The notes below the pieces were generated by a model that was not told the origin of the DNA, searched no databases, and was given only the letters and a program-made list of their open reading frames with translations. A stretch of DNA of 64,000 nt from an uncultured bacterium (lineage in GTDB: Bacteria > Bacillota > Bacilli > Lactobacillales > Streptococcaceae). Every line of letters begins with the position of its first letter. Positions within the stretch are counted from its first letter, which is position 1. Location of the stretch: contig CAURVH010000007.1 in NCBI GenBank assembly GCA_963528645.1, positions 28-64,027 on the forward strand, in the 5' to 3' direction. The position numbers and the translations under genes were made by a program. Positions 54,587 to 64,000 of this stretch are shown here, piece after piece.

Positions 54587-55335
54587 AACTGAAAAACATT
54601 GACAAATCCATTCAAAAACAGGATATTTTGCAAGACATTTCGCTTGAAGTCAGTCCTCAGAAACTGACAGCCTTCATTGGTCCAAATGGTGCTGGAAAAT
54701 CAACTCTCCTCTCCATTATGAGCAGACTGACCAAGAAGGATCAGGGAATTCTCAGTATCAAAGGCCGTGAAATCGAGAGTTGGAATTCGCAAGAACTGGC
54801 CAAAGAGCTCACTATCCTAAAGCAGAAGATCAATTACCAAGCCAAATTGACTGTAGAAGAACTGGTCAGTTTTGGACGTTTTCCCTACAGCCGAGGACGT
54901 CTGAGAGCAGAAGACTGGGAAAAAATCCGAGAAACTCTGGACTATTTGGAACTGACCAACTTAAAAGACCGCTACATCGATAGCCTGTCTGGTGGACAGC
55001 TCCAACGTGTCTTTATCGCTATGGTACTGGCTCAGGATACGGACTTTATCTTGCTGGACGAACCGCTCAATAATCTCGATATTAAGCAAAGTGTCAGCAT
55101 GATGCAGATCCTTCGGCGACTGGTGGAGGAACTTGGCAAAACCATTATCATCGTCCTCCACGATATCAACATGGCTAGCCAGTATGCGGATGAAATCGTT
55201 GCCTTTAAAGACGGTCAAGTCTTTTGCAAGGGAACGACTGCTCAAATCATGCAGGCTGACCTGCTCAGTCAACTTTATGAGATTCCCATCACGCTGGCTG
55301 ATATCAATGGCAAAAAGATCTGTATCTATAGCTAG
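54583..55335 (+). CDS. piuD: Iron ABC ATP-binding protein
   Basis: GPNGAGKST, LSGGQ, LDEPLNNLD. Confidence 0.9.
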   Translation: MKLKNIDKSIQKQDILQDISLEVSPQKLTAFIGPNGAGKSTLLSIMSRLTKKDQGILSIKGREIESWNSQELAKELTILKQKINYQAKLTVEELVSFGRFPYSRGRLRAEDWEKIRETLDYLELTNLKDRYIDSLSGGQLQRVFIAMVLAQDTDFILLDEPLNNLDIKQSVSMMQILRRLVEELGKTIIIVLHDINMASQYADEIVAFKDGQVFCKGTTAQIMQADLLSQLYEIPITLADINGKKICIYS

Positions 55336-55433
55336 CTATTTTGAACTCATGTTAGAGAACCCTCTGTCTCTTAGCTAACAAGCCTATCTAAGAGCCTCCC
55401 TACATCGTTATCACATTTTAAAAAGGAGAAATT

Positions 55434-56399
55434 ATGAAAACATCCCTTAAACTCTATCTCACTGCCCTAGTGACTAGCTTCTTGCTCCTACTTGGTGCAT
55501 GTAGTACAACTAAAACTACGAAGCAGACAGAGACAAGTAGCTCTGCTCCAACAGAAGTGACTATTAAAAGTTCACTAGATGAGGTCAAACTTTCAAAGGT
55601 TCCTGAAAAGATTGTGACCTTTGACCTCGGTGCTGCGGATACTATTCGCGCTTTAGGTTTTGAAAAGAATATCGTCGGAATGCCTACAAAAACTGTTCCA
55701 ACCTATCTCAAAAGCCTAGCTGAAAAAGTTAAAAATGTTGGTTCTATGGTTGAGCCAGACCTAGAAGCCATCGCTACTCTTGAACCGGATTTGATCATTG
55801 CTTCTCCACGTACCCAAAAATTCGTAGACAAGTTCAAAGAAATCGCGCCAACCGTCCTCTTTGAAACAGGAAAAGAAGACTACTGGACTTCAACTAAAAC
55901 CAACATCCAATCATTAGCTGCTGCCTTTGGCGAAACTGGTACACAGAAAGCCAAGGAAGAATTAGCTAATCTAGACAAGAGCATCCAAGAAGTCGCAACT
56001 AAAAACGAAAGTTCTGACAAAAAAGCCCTTGCTATCCTCCTCAATGAAGGAAAAATGGCTGCCTTTGGTGCCCAATCTCGTTTCTCTTTCTTGTACCAAA
56101 CCTTGAAATTCAAGCCAACAGACACTCAATTTGAAGACTCTCGCCACGGACAGGAAGTCAGCTTTGAAAGTGTCAAAGAAATCAATCCTGACATCCTCTT
56201 TGTCATCAACCGTACCCTTGCCATCGGCGGTGACAACTCAAGCAACGACGGCGTCCTAGAAAATGCCCTCATCGCTGAAACTCCTGCTGCTAAAAATGGT
56301 AAAATCATCCAACTAACACCAGACCTCTGGTATCTAAGCGGAGGCGGTCTTGAATCAACTAAACTTATGATTGAAGACGCTCAAAAAGCTTTGAAATAA
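55434..56399 (+). CDS. piuA: Iron-siderophore-binding lipoprotein
   Basis: LGAC lipobox, SRHGQEVSFE, WYLSGGG. Confidence 0.9.
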   Translation: MKTSLKLYLTALVTSFLLLLGACSTTKTTKQTETSSSAPTEVTIKSSLDEVKLSKVPEKIVTFDLGAADTIRALGFEKNIVGMPTKTVPTYLKSLAEKVKNVGSMVEPDLEAIATLEPDLIIASPRTQKFVDKFKEIAPTVLFETGKEDYWTSTKTNIQSLAAAFGETGTQKAKEELANLDKSIQEVATKNESSDKKALAILLNEGKMAAFGAQSRFSFLYQTLKFKPTDTQFEDSRHGQEVSFESVKEINPDILFVINRTLAIGGDNSSNDGVLENALIAETPAAKNGKIIQLTPDLWYLSGGGLESTKLMIEDAQKALK

Positions 56400-56431
56400 A
56401 CAAGAAAACCCAACAGCAAATGATGTTGGGC

Positions 56432-56674
56432 TTATTTTTCTTCTTGATTTCGTTTGAGGGAAAAGTGGTCTGGCACAGGATCTTTACCTGTTTTCGACCA
56501 GGGGTGACAACGGAAAATTCGAGCCAAGCCCATCAAAACACCCTTAAAGCTATGTTTTTCAATAGCCTGGATCATGTAGTTGGAACAAGTCGGCTCAAAA
56601 CGACAAGAGGGTGGAAAGGCTGGCGAGATAAAACGTTGGTAAAAGCGTACTGGTGCTATTAAGATTCGTTTCAT
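56432..56674 (-). CDS. yidD: Membrane protein insertion efficiency factor YidD
   Basis: [24 protein letters not shown]. Confidence 0.95.
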   Translation of the reverse strand: MKRILIAPVRFYQRFISPAFPPSCRFEPTCSNYMIQAIEKHSFKGVLMGLARIFRCHPWSKTGKDPVPDHFSLKRNQEEK

Positions 56675-57396
56675 TATTTCTTGGTTACAGCCATAGTGTG
56701 TAGTTGGCTGATTTCTTTTTTATTAAGGCGACGGGATTCTCCTGGACGAAGACCTGTCAAGTCTAAGTGTCCAAAACGTGTCCGAGACAACTTATCCACT
56801 TGAAGACCGACGGCTTCAAACATCTTTTTAACCTGATGGTTGCGTCCTTCATGGATAGTCAACTGCACTACTGAGCGATTTTTTACTGGATCCACTTTGA
56901 GAATCTCATATACAGCTGGCTTGGTTTTCTTGCCATCAATCTCGAGTCCACGGGTCAAGGGACGGAGATTGTCCTTATTAGCCACACCTTTAACACGCGC
57001 GACATAGACCTTGTCAATCTCATTACGGGGGTGAATCATCTCGTCTGTAAAATCACCATCATTGGTCAAAATCAAGACACCTGATGTATCCCAGTCCAAA
57101 CGTCCAACTGGGTAGATGCGCTCTTTGACATTGGGCAAGAGGTCCACAACAGTCTTGCGTCCCTTGTCGTCTGTCACACTGGAAATCACTCCACGTGGTT
57201 TATTAAGCAGATAGTATACCTTTTCTTCGTTGTAGATAGGCTGACCTTCAACTTCGACCTTGTCACCAGACTTGATGGTGGTTGCGAGTTCACGTACTAC
57301 CTGTCCGTTGACGGTTACCAAGCCTTGCTTGATCAACTCTTCTGCTTTTCTCCTACTGGCCACACCTGCGTGGGCAATATACTTATTGATTCTCAT
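56674..57396 (-). CDS. rluB: rRNA pseudouridine synthase (RluB/RsuA family)
   Basis: S4 domain, [14 protein letters not shown]. Confidence 0.92.
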   Translation of the reverse strand: MRINKYIAHAGVASRRKAEELIKQGLVTVNGQVVRELATTIKSGDKVEVEGQPIYNEEKVYYLLNKPRGVISSVTDDKGRKTVVDLLPNVKERIYPVGRLDWDTSGVLILTNDGDFTDEMIHPRNEIDKVYVARVKGVANKDNLRPLTRGLEIDGKKTKPAVYEILKVDPVKNRSVVQLTIHEGRNHQVKKMFEAVGLQVDKLSRTRFGHLDLTGLRPGESRRLNKKEISQLHTMAVTKK

Positions 57397-57952
57397 CTTC
57401 TTCTATCCTTTCACCAAATAATTGGCTTTCTTGGGCTTGAATCTCAAGCTCATCAATCACTGGCAGTTCTTCCAAATGGTTAATTCCCATGTAATCTAGG
57501 AAATAATCCGTAGTTACATAAAGGTTTGGGCGCCCAAGAACTTCTTTTTTCCCATCTTCTCTTATCAATTCAAAAGCCTGCAACTTTGCCAAGGCTCCAC
57601 TCGAGTTGACCCCACGAATAGCATCAATTTCTATCCGCGTGATAGGCTGCTTGTAGGCAATGATGGACAAGGTCTCAAGAGCAGCCCGAGACAAACTCTG
57701 GTTGATAGGCGCCTTGGAGTATTCCTTCAAAATCTCTGCAAATTGAGGCTTGGTGACCAATCTGTATGCACCACCTGTCTCGATCAGGGACAAACTTGAC
57801 TCTTGGTCTTCTTCATATTTTTGGGCTAATTTTTCTAAACTCTGTTGGATACCTGTCGGGGGAAGCGATAGGAGTTCAGCCAACTGACGGACTCGAATCC
57901 CATCTTCACCTGCTACAAACAAGAGCGCTTCTATTTCTGCTAAAGTACTCAT
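57383..57952 (-). CDS. scpB: SMC-Scp subunit ScpB
   Basis: [22 protein letters not shown]. Confidence 0.96.
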   Translation of the reverse strand: MSTLAEIEALLFVAGEDGIRVRQLAELLSLPPTGIQQSLEKLAQKYEEDQESSLSLIETGGAYRLVTKPQFAEILKEYSKAPINQSLSRAALETLSIIAYKQPITRIEIDAIRGVNSSGALAKLQAFELIREDGKKEVLGRPNLYVTTDYFLDYMGINHLEELPVIDELEIQAQESQLFGERIEEDENQ

Positions 57953-57970
57953 CTTTCCTCTCTATCAAGT

Positions 57971-58699
57971 CTAGCTTTGTGCCTCTTGACTTTCTTCCTT
58001 CTTTTCCATGAGATAGATATCTCCGAAACTCTCCTCTTGAACGAGGATCAGCTCCTGGGTTTTGATTAACTCTAGGGTTGCCAAAAAGAGGGTGATGACC
58101 TCTTGGACATTCTGGGCTTCCTTAAACAAATCCTGCAAGCGCAATTGATCTCGTCCAGTCAAGGACTCTTTTACGATAACCATCATGTCCTCAATCTTAT
58201 ACTCATCCCGCAAGATAGTCGTGTGATTCTGAGCAAACTCCTCTTTTTTCTTGGCTAGGATATTTGAAAAAGCCAAAAAGAGGTCAATGGTCGTCTTGTC
58301 ATGCACAAGCTCCGCATCCTCGTAAATCAACTCTGTCGGCGCTTTGGAATAGTACTGGGCCCGATCTCGGTGCTTAGCCTCCAAGTGCTCACCCAAGAGC
58401 TTGAACTTGCGGTATTCTTCGATTTGGGAGAGAAGGTCCTGCTCCAGATCATCCTCCAAATCTGTCACTTCTGCTACCTTTGGAAGAAGCTTGCGACTCT
58501 TGATCAGCATCAGCTGACTAGCCATGACCATATACTCGCCCGTCACTTCCAGACGCATGACCTGCAAGGTTGAGACATAGGCTAGATACTGTTCGATAAC
58601 TTCCGTAATGGGCACATCGTAGATATCCATCTGGTACTTAGAAACCAGGTGCAAGAGCAGGTCCAGGGGCCCTTCAAAATCTTTTAATTTAATATCCAT
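57971..58699 (-). CDS. scpA: SMC-Scp subunit ScpA
   Basis: [18 protein letters not shown]. Confidence 0.96.
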   Translation of the reverse strand: MDIKLKDFEGPLDLLLHLVSKYQMDIYDVPITEVIEQYLAYVSTLQVMRLEVTGEYMVMASQLMLIKSRKLLPKVAEVTDLEDDLEQDLLSQIEEYRKFKLLGEHLEAKHRDRAQYYSKAPTELIYEDAELVHDKTTIDLFLAFSNILAKKKEEFAQNHTTILRDEYKIEDMMVIVKESLTGRDQLRLQDLFKEAQNVQEVITLFLATLELIKTQELILVQEESFGDIYLMEKKEESQEAQS

Positions 58700-59433
58700 T
58701 ATCTATATTTTTCTAAGGTCAGGACTGTTTTTAATCCTAATTTTTTTGCAATTTCGTACAAATCGACCTTCTTTTCTATTTGTCTTAGAATGAACTGTTC
58801 CCGCAAGGCTTGAGCGGATAAGGTTGGGAAACCTTTCTCCTTGACAAAGGACTCCAGCTGACGAAAGGCCCACTGACGAGAATAGGCTTTCCCTCCCCTT
58901 TCAAAGAGATAGGTCTGTCCCATCAAGGATTCTAGCTCTGGAATCAAGGTCGTGGGAATGGTAACAATCCTCTGTTGGGAAGCCTTGTTGATTCTCAAAA
59001 CCTGAAAATCAAGATTGATATCCGCAATCTTGAGGGATAAAATCTCACTTGGCAAGAGCCCTAATTCCAAGATCAGAAGCGCCAGCAAGCGTCCTTCTGG
59101 GTAGTCACTTTCCCGCCAAAAAGAGTCTAGGTCTAGAATCTCTGGTTTTTCAGTCTTCTTTTCAGCTTGTTTGGCTAATTCCAGACGGTAAAAGCTGTCC
59201 ACTTCTCCTTTTCGATAGAGAAAGTAGAGAAATTGGTTGCAGGCCGAAAGTTTTCGCTTCTGGGCGCTGATTTTTAGATTGGCTAGCTGGGCTTGGTAAA
59301 TCTTGAGACTAGTCTCAGAGATCCGCTCACCTACAATGTCTAAAAATTGCTCCAGATCATACTTATAAGACTGCTTGGAGTTGGCAGACAAGCCCTGTTT
59401 TCCCTCTAAAAAGGCTGAAATCCTATCTCTCAT
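58699..59433 (-). CDS. Streptococcal XerD-like tyrosine recombinase with atypical active site
   Basis: Integrase fold with GLLPSE, QALR, LGL, EKY in place of R/HxxR/H; conserved position between CBS gene and scpA. Confidence 0.85.
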   Translation of the reverse strand: MRDRISAFLEGKQGLSANSKQSYKYDLEQFLDIVGERISETSLKIYQAQLANLKISAQKRKLSACNQFLYFLYRKGEVDSFYRLELAKQAEKKTEKPEILDLDSFWRESDYPEGRLLALLILELGLLPSEILSLKIADINLDFQVLRINKASQQRIVTIPTTLIPELESLMGQTYLFERGGKAYSRQWAFRQLESFVKEKGFPTLSAQALREQFILRQIEKKVDLYEIAKKLGLKTVLTLEKYR

Positions 59434-59891
59434 TTGCATCGAATCTCATATTCCTTACTAAAGTCATGCAAGAGGGCATTGACAGCCTTGAGGATAGATT
59501 TGCGCGTGATGATTCCTTGAAAAATCCCTTCATCATCTACCACTGGCAAGAAGGGTTCATCCACCAGTTTATGGAGGACCTCAGTGATATTATAGTCTGG
59601 AGCGACAACTGCCACATCTGTCTTGGTCATATTGACGATATCTGTCGTTGCCATCTGCTCATCCGTCAAACCTTGCTCCATTTGATAAGCCAAAATGTCT
59701 CTCAGACCAATGGTTCCGACAAAGCGTTTGTCAAAGGTCACAACTGGGATACGGGTATAAGTGATTTGGCTCAACACCAAAATTGCATGATCAGCGTTAT
59801 GGGTATCAATCAAGGCTGCTAGATTGTCAGCAGGGGTAAGAAAAGTCTCTTCCTGTTCCAGTAAAAATTCTTCAAATTCCTTGGCAATCAT
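59430..59891 (-). CDS. CBS-domain protein (CbpB/DarB-like)
   Basis: YTRIPV, FLPVVD, GIITRKSILK. Confidence 0.85.
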   Translation of the reverse strand: MIAKEFEEFLLEQEETFLTPADNLAALIDTHNADHAILVLSQITYTRIPVVTFDKRFVGTIGLRDILAYQMEQGLTDEQMATTDIVNMTKTDVAVVAPDYNITEVLHKLVDEPFLPVVDDEGIFQGIITRKSILKAVNALLHDFSKEYEIRCK

Positions 59892-60409
59892 CGAGTAAAC
59901 TCCTTGGACAAGCCTGGATAAACCTCATGGTCACGTGTCAAAAAGTCCACTTTGAAATAGCTGTCTTCAATCTCTACACGGGCATAGAGACATTCCCTGA
60001 TGATTCCTCGTGGTTGGCTGATGGAGCCTGGATTGAGAAAGAGTGTTTTGCCTCCCATCCAAGCATTTGGCACATGCAAGTGACCATAGAGACAGATATC
60101 GGCATCTTCTTCCTGAGCCCAGTAGTCCAACTTTTGAAAGTTGAAATTGATATCAAACAAGTGTCCATGCGTCTGGATGATCTTGGTTGGACCAAGTTGA
60201 GTCACCAAACGTTCTGGGTAGCCAGCATAAAAGTCCATATTTCCTTTGACGACATGGATGCCTTCCCAGAGCGGAGAGTCTGGACGGAGTTCTGAGTCAC
60301 CATCGTGAAAAATGGCATCAACTTTCCCCAGATAGCGGTCACGGATTTCTTCGACAATCAAGCTATCGCCATGGGAGTCACTCATTACAATGATGGTTTG
60401 CTTTGCCAT
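59888..60409 (-). CDS. YfcE/MJ0936-type metallophosphoesterase
   Basis: SDSH, GD, GNMD, HGH, GHLH, NPGS. Confidence 0.92.
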   Translation of the reverse strand: MAKQTIIVMSDSHGDSLIVEEIRDRYLGKVDAIFHDGDSELRPDSPLWEGIHVVKGNMDFYAGYPERLVTQLGPTKIIQTHGHLFDINFNFQKLDYWAQEEDADICLYGHLHVPNAWMGGKTLFLNPGSISQPRGIIRECLYARVEIEDSYFKVDFLTRDHEVYPGLSKEFTR

Positions 60410-61356
60410 GATGGAAATACCTCCAAAAGTTTCTTAACGGCTAAGGCACGGTGGGATTGGCTATTTTTTTCTTCCAGGGTTAATTCAGCTGCTGACTTGC
60501 CTGTCTCTCCCACAAGGAAGAGGGGATCATAACCAAAGCCATTTTCACCCTTGGGTTCAAAGTTGATATAACCTGGCCAGTAAGCTTCAACAACCAAGCT
60601 TTCCTTGTTTGGACTGGCTACGACTAGGGTTGTATGGAATTGAGCTGAGCGGTCCTTGAGTTCAAAGACCATGGCCAATTCGTGCAAGAGCTTGGCATTG
60701 TTTTCACGATCAGTCGCCCCCACTCCTGCAAAACGGGCTGACCAGACTCCTGGCAAACCACCGAGGACATCGACTTTAAGACCTGAGTCATCTGCTAGCA
60801 CCATCTTGCCTGTTAACTGTGAAATGGTTTCTGCCTTCAGGCGGGCATTTTCTTCAAAGGTCATGCCTGTTTCAGCTATTTCAGGCAAATCTGGATAGTC
60901 ATTGAGATTTTCCACATCGTAGCCTAACTTGTCAAAGATAGCTCGGAATTCCTTGGTCTTGCCTTCGTTACGAGTCGCAATCAACAAGTTTTCCCTAACC
61001 TTACTAGTTTCAAAGAAGGCTTCTACATCAACACCTTCTTTAGGCAATTCTACATGCAAAAGCTTTCCATTTTCAACCAAGAGCAGAGCTCCCTGACGTT
61101 GGATGACTTCTAGATTGCGGCCTGCTTCAGCATTTAAAATCTCAACGATAAAAGATAGCAAGCGGAAGTTAGAAGACCAGCGCATCACCGTTATTGTAAT
61201 CGGAAAGCCCTTTTCCTCGTCACGAAAAATCCGCGCCAAATCCATAAAATCAAGCTCGAGAGGATCTTTGATAAGGCTATAGATGCCTCCATAGACATCC
61301 CAGACACCGACATACCAGTCCTGGTCATCCTTGTATTCGTAAATTTTGTTTGTCAT
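60385..61356 (-). CDS. rdgB: Non-canonical purine NTP pyrophosphatase (RdgB/HAM1) with N-terminal extension
   Basis: ATRNEGK, ADDSGL, GFGYDP, SHR. Confidence 0.92.
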   Translation of the reverse strand: MTNKIYEYKDDQDWYVGVWDVYGGIYSLIKDPLELDFMDLARIFRDEEKGFPITITVMRWSSNFRLLSFIVEILNAEAGRNLEVIQRQGALLLVENGKLLHVELPKEGVDVEAFFETSKVRENLLIATRNEGKTKEFRAIFDKLGYDVENLNDYPDLPEIAETGMTFEENARLKAETISQLTGKMVLADDSGLKVDVLGGLPGVWSARFAGVGATDRENNAKLLHELAMVFELKDRSAQFHTTLVVASPNKESLVVEAYWPGYINFEPKGENGFGYDPLFLVGETGKSAAELTLEEKNSQSHRALAVKKLLEVFPSWQSKPSL

Positions 61357-62147
61357 AAAGTTACATGCTCCACATGAATCTCTTTTTCCAGCCATTCTGC
61401 TCCAATTTGGGCAAAACTTTGGCTATTAGCTGTTGTGTAAAAACGATGTTGAAGAGGTCCCGCATCTCGGCTACGATTGATTTCAAAATAGTTAAGCAAA
61501 ACCGAGATATCCCGTACACACTCTGCCCCACTATCGATGAGCTGAACCTTTGGTCCCATAACATTTTGGATGATAGGGCGAAGGAGTGGGTAATGGGTAC
61601 AACCCAAAATCAGACTATCCACCTTTCCAACCAAGGGACGCAGGGTCTCATAGACCACTTTCTTGGTTACACTGGTTGATAAGGCACCCGACTCGACCAA
61701 GGGGGCAAACTTGGGACAGGCCAAACTTTCCACCTGTAAATCCGGATCCAGATCATGGATTTTCTGACGGTAGATGTCTGATTGGACCGTCATGGGTGTT
61801 CCAATTACTCCGATTTTCCCACCTTGACTGGACTTGATAGCTGCCGAAGCTCCTGGTAAAATCACACCTAGAACGGGGATGTCTAGTTTAGCCTTGATTT
61901 CTTCCCAGACGACCGCAGTCGCAGTATTACAAGCAATGACAATCATCTTGACATCCTTGGTCAAGAGAAAGTTGACCAACTGCCAAGTATATTCACGGAT
62001 TTGCTCAGCAGGACGGGGACCATAGGGCGCCCGTGCCGAATCTCCAATATAGACGATTTCTTCATGGGGAAGCTGGCGCATGAGCTCACGTACAACGGTC
62101 AAGCCCCCGACACCCGAATCCAAAAAACCAATTGGTCGATTATCCAT
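61353..62147 (-). CDS. murI: Glutamate racemase
   Basis: DSGVGG, ACNTA, GCTHYP. Confidence 0.98.
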   Translation of the reverse strand: MDNRPIGFLDSGVGGLTVVRELMRQLPHEEIVYIGDSARAPYGPRPAEQIREYTWQLVNFLLTKDVKMIVIACNTATAVVWEEIKAKLDIPVLGVILPGASAAIKSSQGGKIGVIGTPMTVQSDIYRQKIHDLDPDLQVESLACPKFAPLVESGALSTSVTKKVVYETLRPLVGKVDSLILGCTHYPLLRPIIQNVMGPKVQLIDSGAECVRDISVLLNYFEINRSRDAGPLQHRFYTTANSQSFAQIGAEWLEKEIHVEHVTL

Positions 62148-62352
62148 ACAGTCTTCTTTCTAGTCTTTTTTCTGATTGATAGTTCATCATAATTACTCGT
62201 CCTAAATGAACGGACAGACAGCTTGATAGAATGGCAACTGCCTCTCTTTTAATCATAATCAAATATCAATAGAATGCAAGGAAAAAGTCTCATCCTTGAG
62301 AACTATTGAACATAGTGAGAAGTCTGGAACTTTCATCCCAGACTTTTCCTAT

Positions 62353-62598
62353 TTATTTCTTTTTATTGTTAGCAAGGGCTGCTTTTTGTTGGCGGATGAT
62401 TTGGTGGTAAACTTGTTGTACCTTGGCTTCGCTTGGTTTTTGACCATTTGCGCTCAAAAGAGCACGAACTGCCTCAGCGTTCAAACGTGGGTTATCCGCA
62501 AATTCTTTTTCGATTTGCTTACGAACCAAGTACATCCCTCCAAGAGCTCCTCCTAGAAAAGCTAGCACAATCAAGACAATTGCTAAAAGTAAATCCAT
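62353..62598 (-). CDS. YneF family protein
   Basis: N-terminal [15 protein letters not shown]. Confidence 0.88.
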   Translation of the reverse strand: MDLLLAIVLIVLAFLGGALGGMYLVRKQIEKEFADNPRLNAEAVRALLSANGQKPSEAKVQQVYHQIIRQQKAALANNKKK

Positions 62599-62880
62599 TC
62601 TTTTTCTCCTGTTTCTTTTTGAGTCTTCTATATTATACCATAAAGTGACTTTCCTGACTAGTTTGTTTTACGCTTTCAAGACGATACCAATACATTGTCT
62701 CCTTATACACTCGCATCTTTGACTACTTGTTTAACCAATTTCCAGTCACATTATATAAAACTATAACTTCATATGAAAATCTCTTGCTTTCTCTGTTTTT
62801 ATTTGTTATATTAAAATGGTACGAATAAAATCGGTCCATACCAGACTGTAAATAGGGCATTATATTTTTTTAAGAAAAAA

Positions 62881-62894
62881 TGAAAGCGCTTTTA
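62881..62894. promoter_or_regulatory. cre-like (CcpA) site before the GH95 gene
   Basis: TGAAAGCGCTTTTA, near-consensus, just upstream of the AAGGAGG RBS. Confidence 0.65.
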
Positions 62895-62913
62895 ATTAAT
62901 AAAGGAGGGTTTT

Positions 62914-64000
62914 ATGAAAAAACACTTTTGGGAGAAATCCTGTCGCTATAGCATCCGCAAGCTAACAGTCGGCACAGCCTCTGTTTTGCTTGGAGCAGTT
63001 TTTCTAGCTAGTCATACCGTCTCTGCTGATACTACTGAAGTAAAGCAAAATGACCCTACACTGGAGAAAACTACAGCCAAGACAGATACCGTTACGAAAA
63101 CAATTGAATCAACTGAGAACACTCAGCCAAGTGAAGCAATTGACCATTCAAAACCAGTTCTAGCTGATAATAGTGTTTCTGAAACAAAATCCACTAAGGC
63201 TGATGTTACTTCTGCTACAACTAATCAAGCAAGTACTGAGGCTATTGTAAAACCTAATGAAAATAAGGAAACCGAAAAACAAGAACTACCTGTGACAGAA
63301 CAAAGCAACTATCAACTCAACTACGATCAGCCAACAGCTCCCTCCTATGATGGATGGGAAAAACAAGCCCTCCCTGTCGGAAATGGAGAGATGGGAGCCA
63401 AGGTTTTCGGTCTCATTGGCGAAGAGAGAATCCAGTACAACGAAAAGACCCTCTGGTCAGGAGGACCACAACCCGATAGCACAGACTATAATGGAGGAAA
63501 CTACAAGGATCGTTACAAGGTCTTAGCAGAGATACGTAAAGCCCTCGAAGCTGGAGACCGCCAAAAAGCTAAACAGCTAGCTGAACAAAATCTAGTTGGA
63601 CCAAACAACGCCCAGTATGGACGTTACCTAGCCTTTGGTGATATCTTCATGGTCTTCAATAACCAGAAAAAAGGGGTAGATACTGTAACTGATTATCATC
63701 GTGGTTTGGATATCACAGAAGCCACTACGACAACTTCTTACACCCAAGATGGGACCACCTTCAAACGCGAAACCTTCTCCAGCTATCCTGATGATGTCAC
63801 CGTGACCCACTTGACCAAAAAAGGAAACAAGACACTTGACTTTACCCTTTGGAACAGCTTGACCGAAGACCTGCTTGCTAATGGCAACTACTCTTGGGAA
63901 TATTCCAACTATAAGAATGGTCATGTCACTACAGATGCAAACGGAATCCTTCTAAAGGGAACTGTCAAAGATAACGGCCTCAAATTTGCATCCTATCTAG
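62914..64000 (+). CDS. YSIRK-signal surface GH95 alpha-L-fucosidase (5' part; runs off the window, not in ORF track)
   Basis: MKKHFWEKSCRYSIRKLTVGTASV..., then WEKQALPVGNGEMGAKVFG...IQYNEKTLWSGGP and YGRYLAFGD, typical of the GH95 N-terminus. Confidence 0.88.
   Translation, partial: MKKHFWEKSCRYSIRKLTVGTASVLLGAVFLASHTVSADTTEVKQNDPTLEKTTAKTDTVTKTIESTENTQPSEAIDHSKPVLADNSVSETKSTKADVTSATTNQASTEAIVKPNENKETEKQELPVTEQSNYQLNYDQPTAPSYDGWEKQALPVGNGEMGAKVFGLIGEERIQYNEKTLWSGGPQPDSTDYNGGNYKDRYKVLAEIRKALEAGDRQKAKQLAEQNLVGPNNAQYGRYLAFGDIFMVFNNQKKGVDTVTDYHRGLDITEATTTTSYTQDGTTFKRETFSSYPDDVTVTHLTKKGNKTLDFTLWNSLTEDLLANGNYSWEYSNYKNGHVTTDANGILLKGTVKDNGLKFASYL

Noticed and set aside
58699..59433. Tyrosine recombinase as a marker of a mobile element
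   Set aside because: It is the conserved streptococcal XerD-like gene within the core murI-scpAB operon; its atypical catalytic residues are already described and there is no cargo or att site.
60385..61356. Extra N-terminal ~120 aa on RdgB as a novel fusion
   Set aside because: This longer form is the usual one in this streptococcal operon as far as I recall.
62148..62350. ~120-nt murI leader starting AGAGAGGCAG as a possible lysine-type riboswitch remnant
   Set aside because: Too short, and no further conserved riboswitch motifs could be identified; only a promoter and weak stems are evident.

Overview
Chromosomal segment of a mitis-group Streptococcus (gene content and order fit S. oralis/S. 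mitis), mostly core genes. It contains rlmCD-type methyltransferase/recX/queH, groESL, ssbB, rpoE, a T-box-led GNAT-valS operon, rimP-nusA-infB-rbfA, ecsAB-ccrZ-trmB, hrcA-grpE-dnaK-dnaJ, glnRA, pgk, a cell-wall GH85 endoglycosidase, nptA, pepA, the piu iron ABC operon, the murI-scpAB-rluB operon and the 5' part of a YSIRK GH95 fucosidase. I found no CRISPR array, rRNA/tRNA gene, transposase or prophage. Accessory or unexplained material: (i) two AT-rich orphan genes on either side of valS, a 922-aa membrane protein and a DUF3800/RNase H-like protein inside the T-box operon, which are candidate defence genes; (ii) a three-gene operon of an EcsC-like protein plus two small amphipathic peptides, one a 50-aa ORF absent from the ORF track; (iii) several related multi-hairpin intergenic elements in the infB and dnaK operons, with compensatory base changes and an inverted pair bracketing a DJ-1/PfpI gene; (iv) a 41-aa choline-binding-repeat mini-ORF and a frameshifted bacteriocin-immunity gene; (v) an apparent excess of G:C>T:A substitutions at normally conserved residues. 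Family assignments come from motif recognition by eye; no database search was run.
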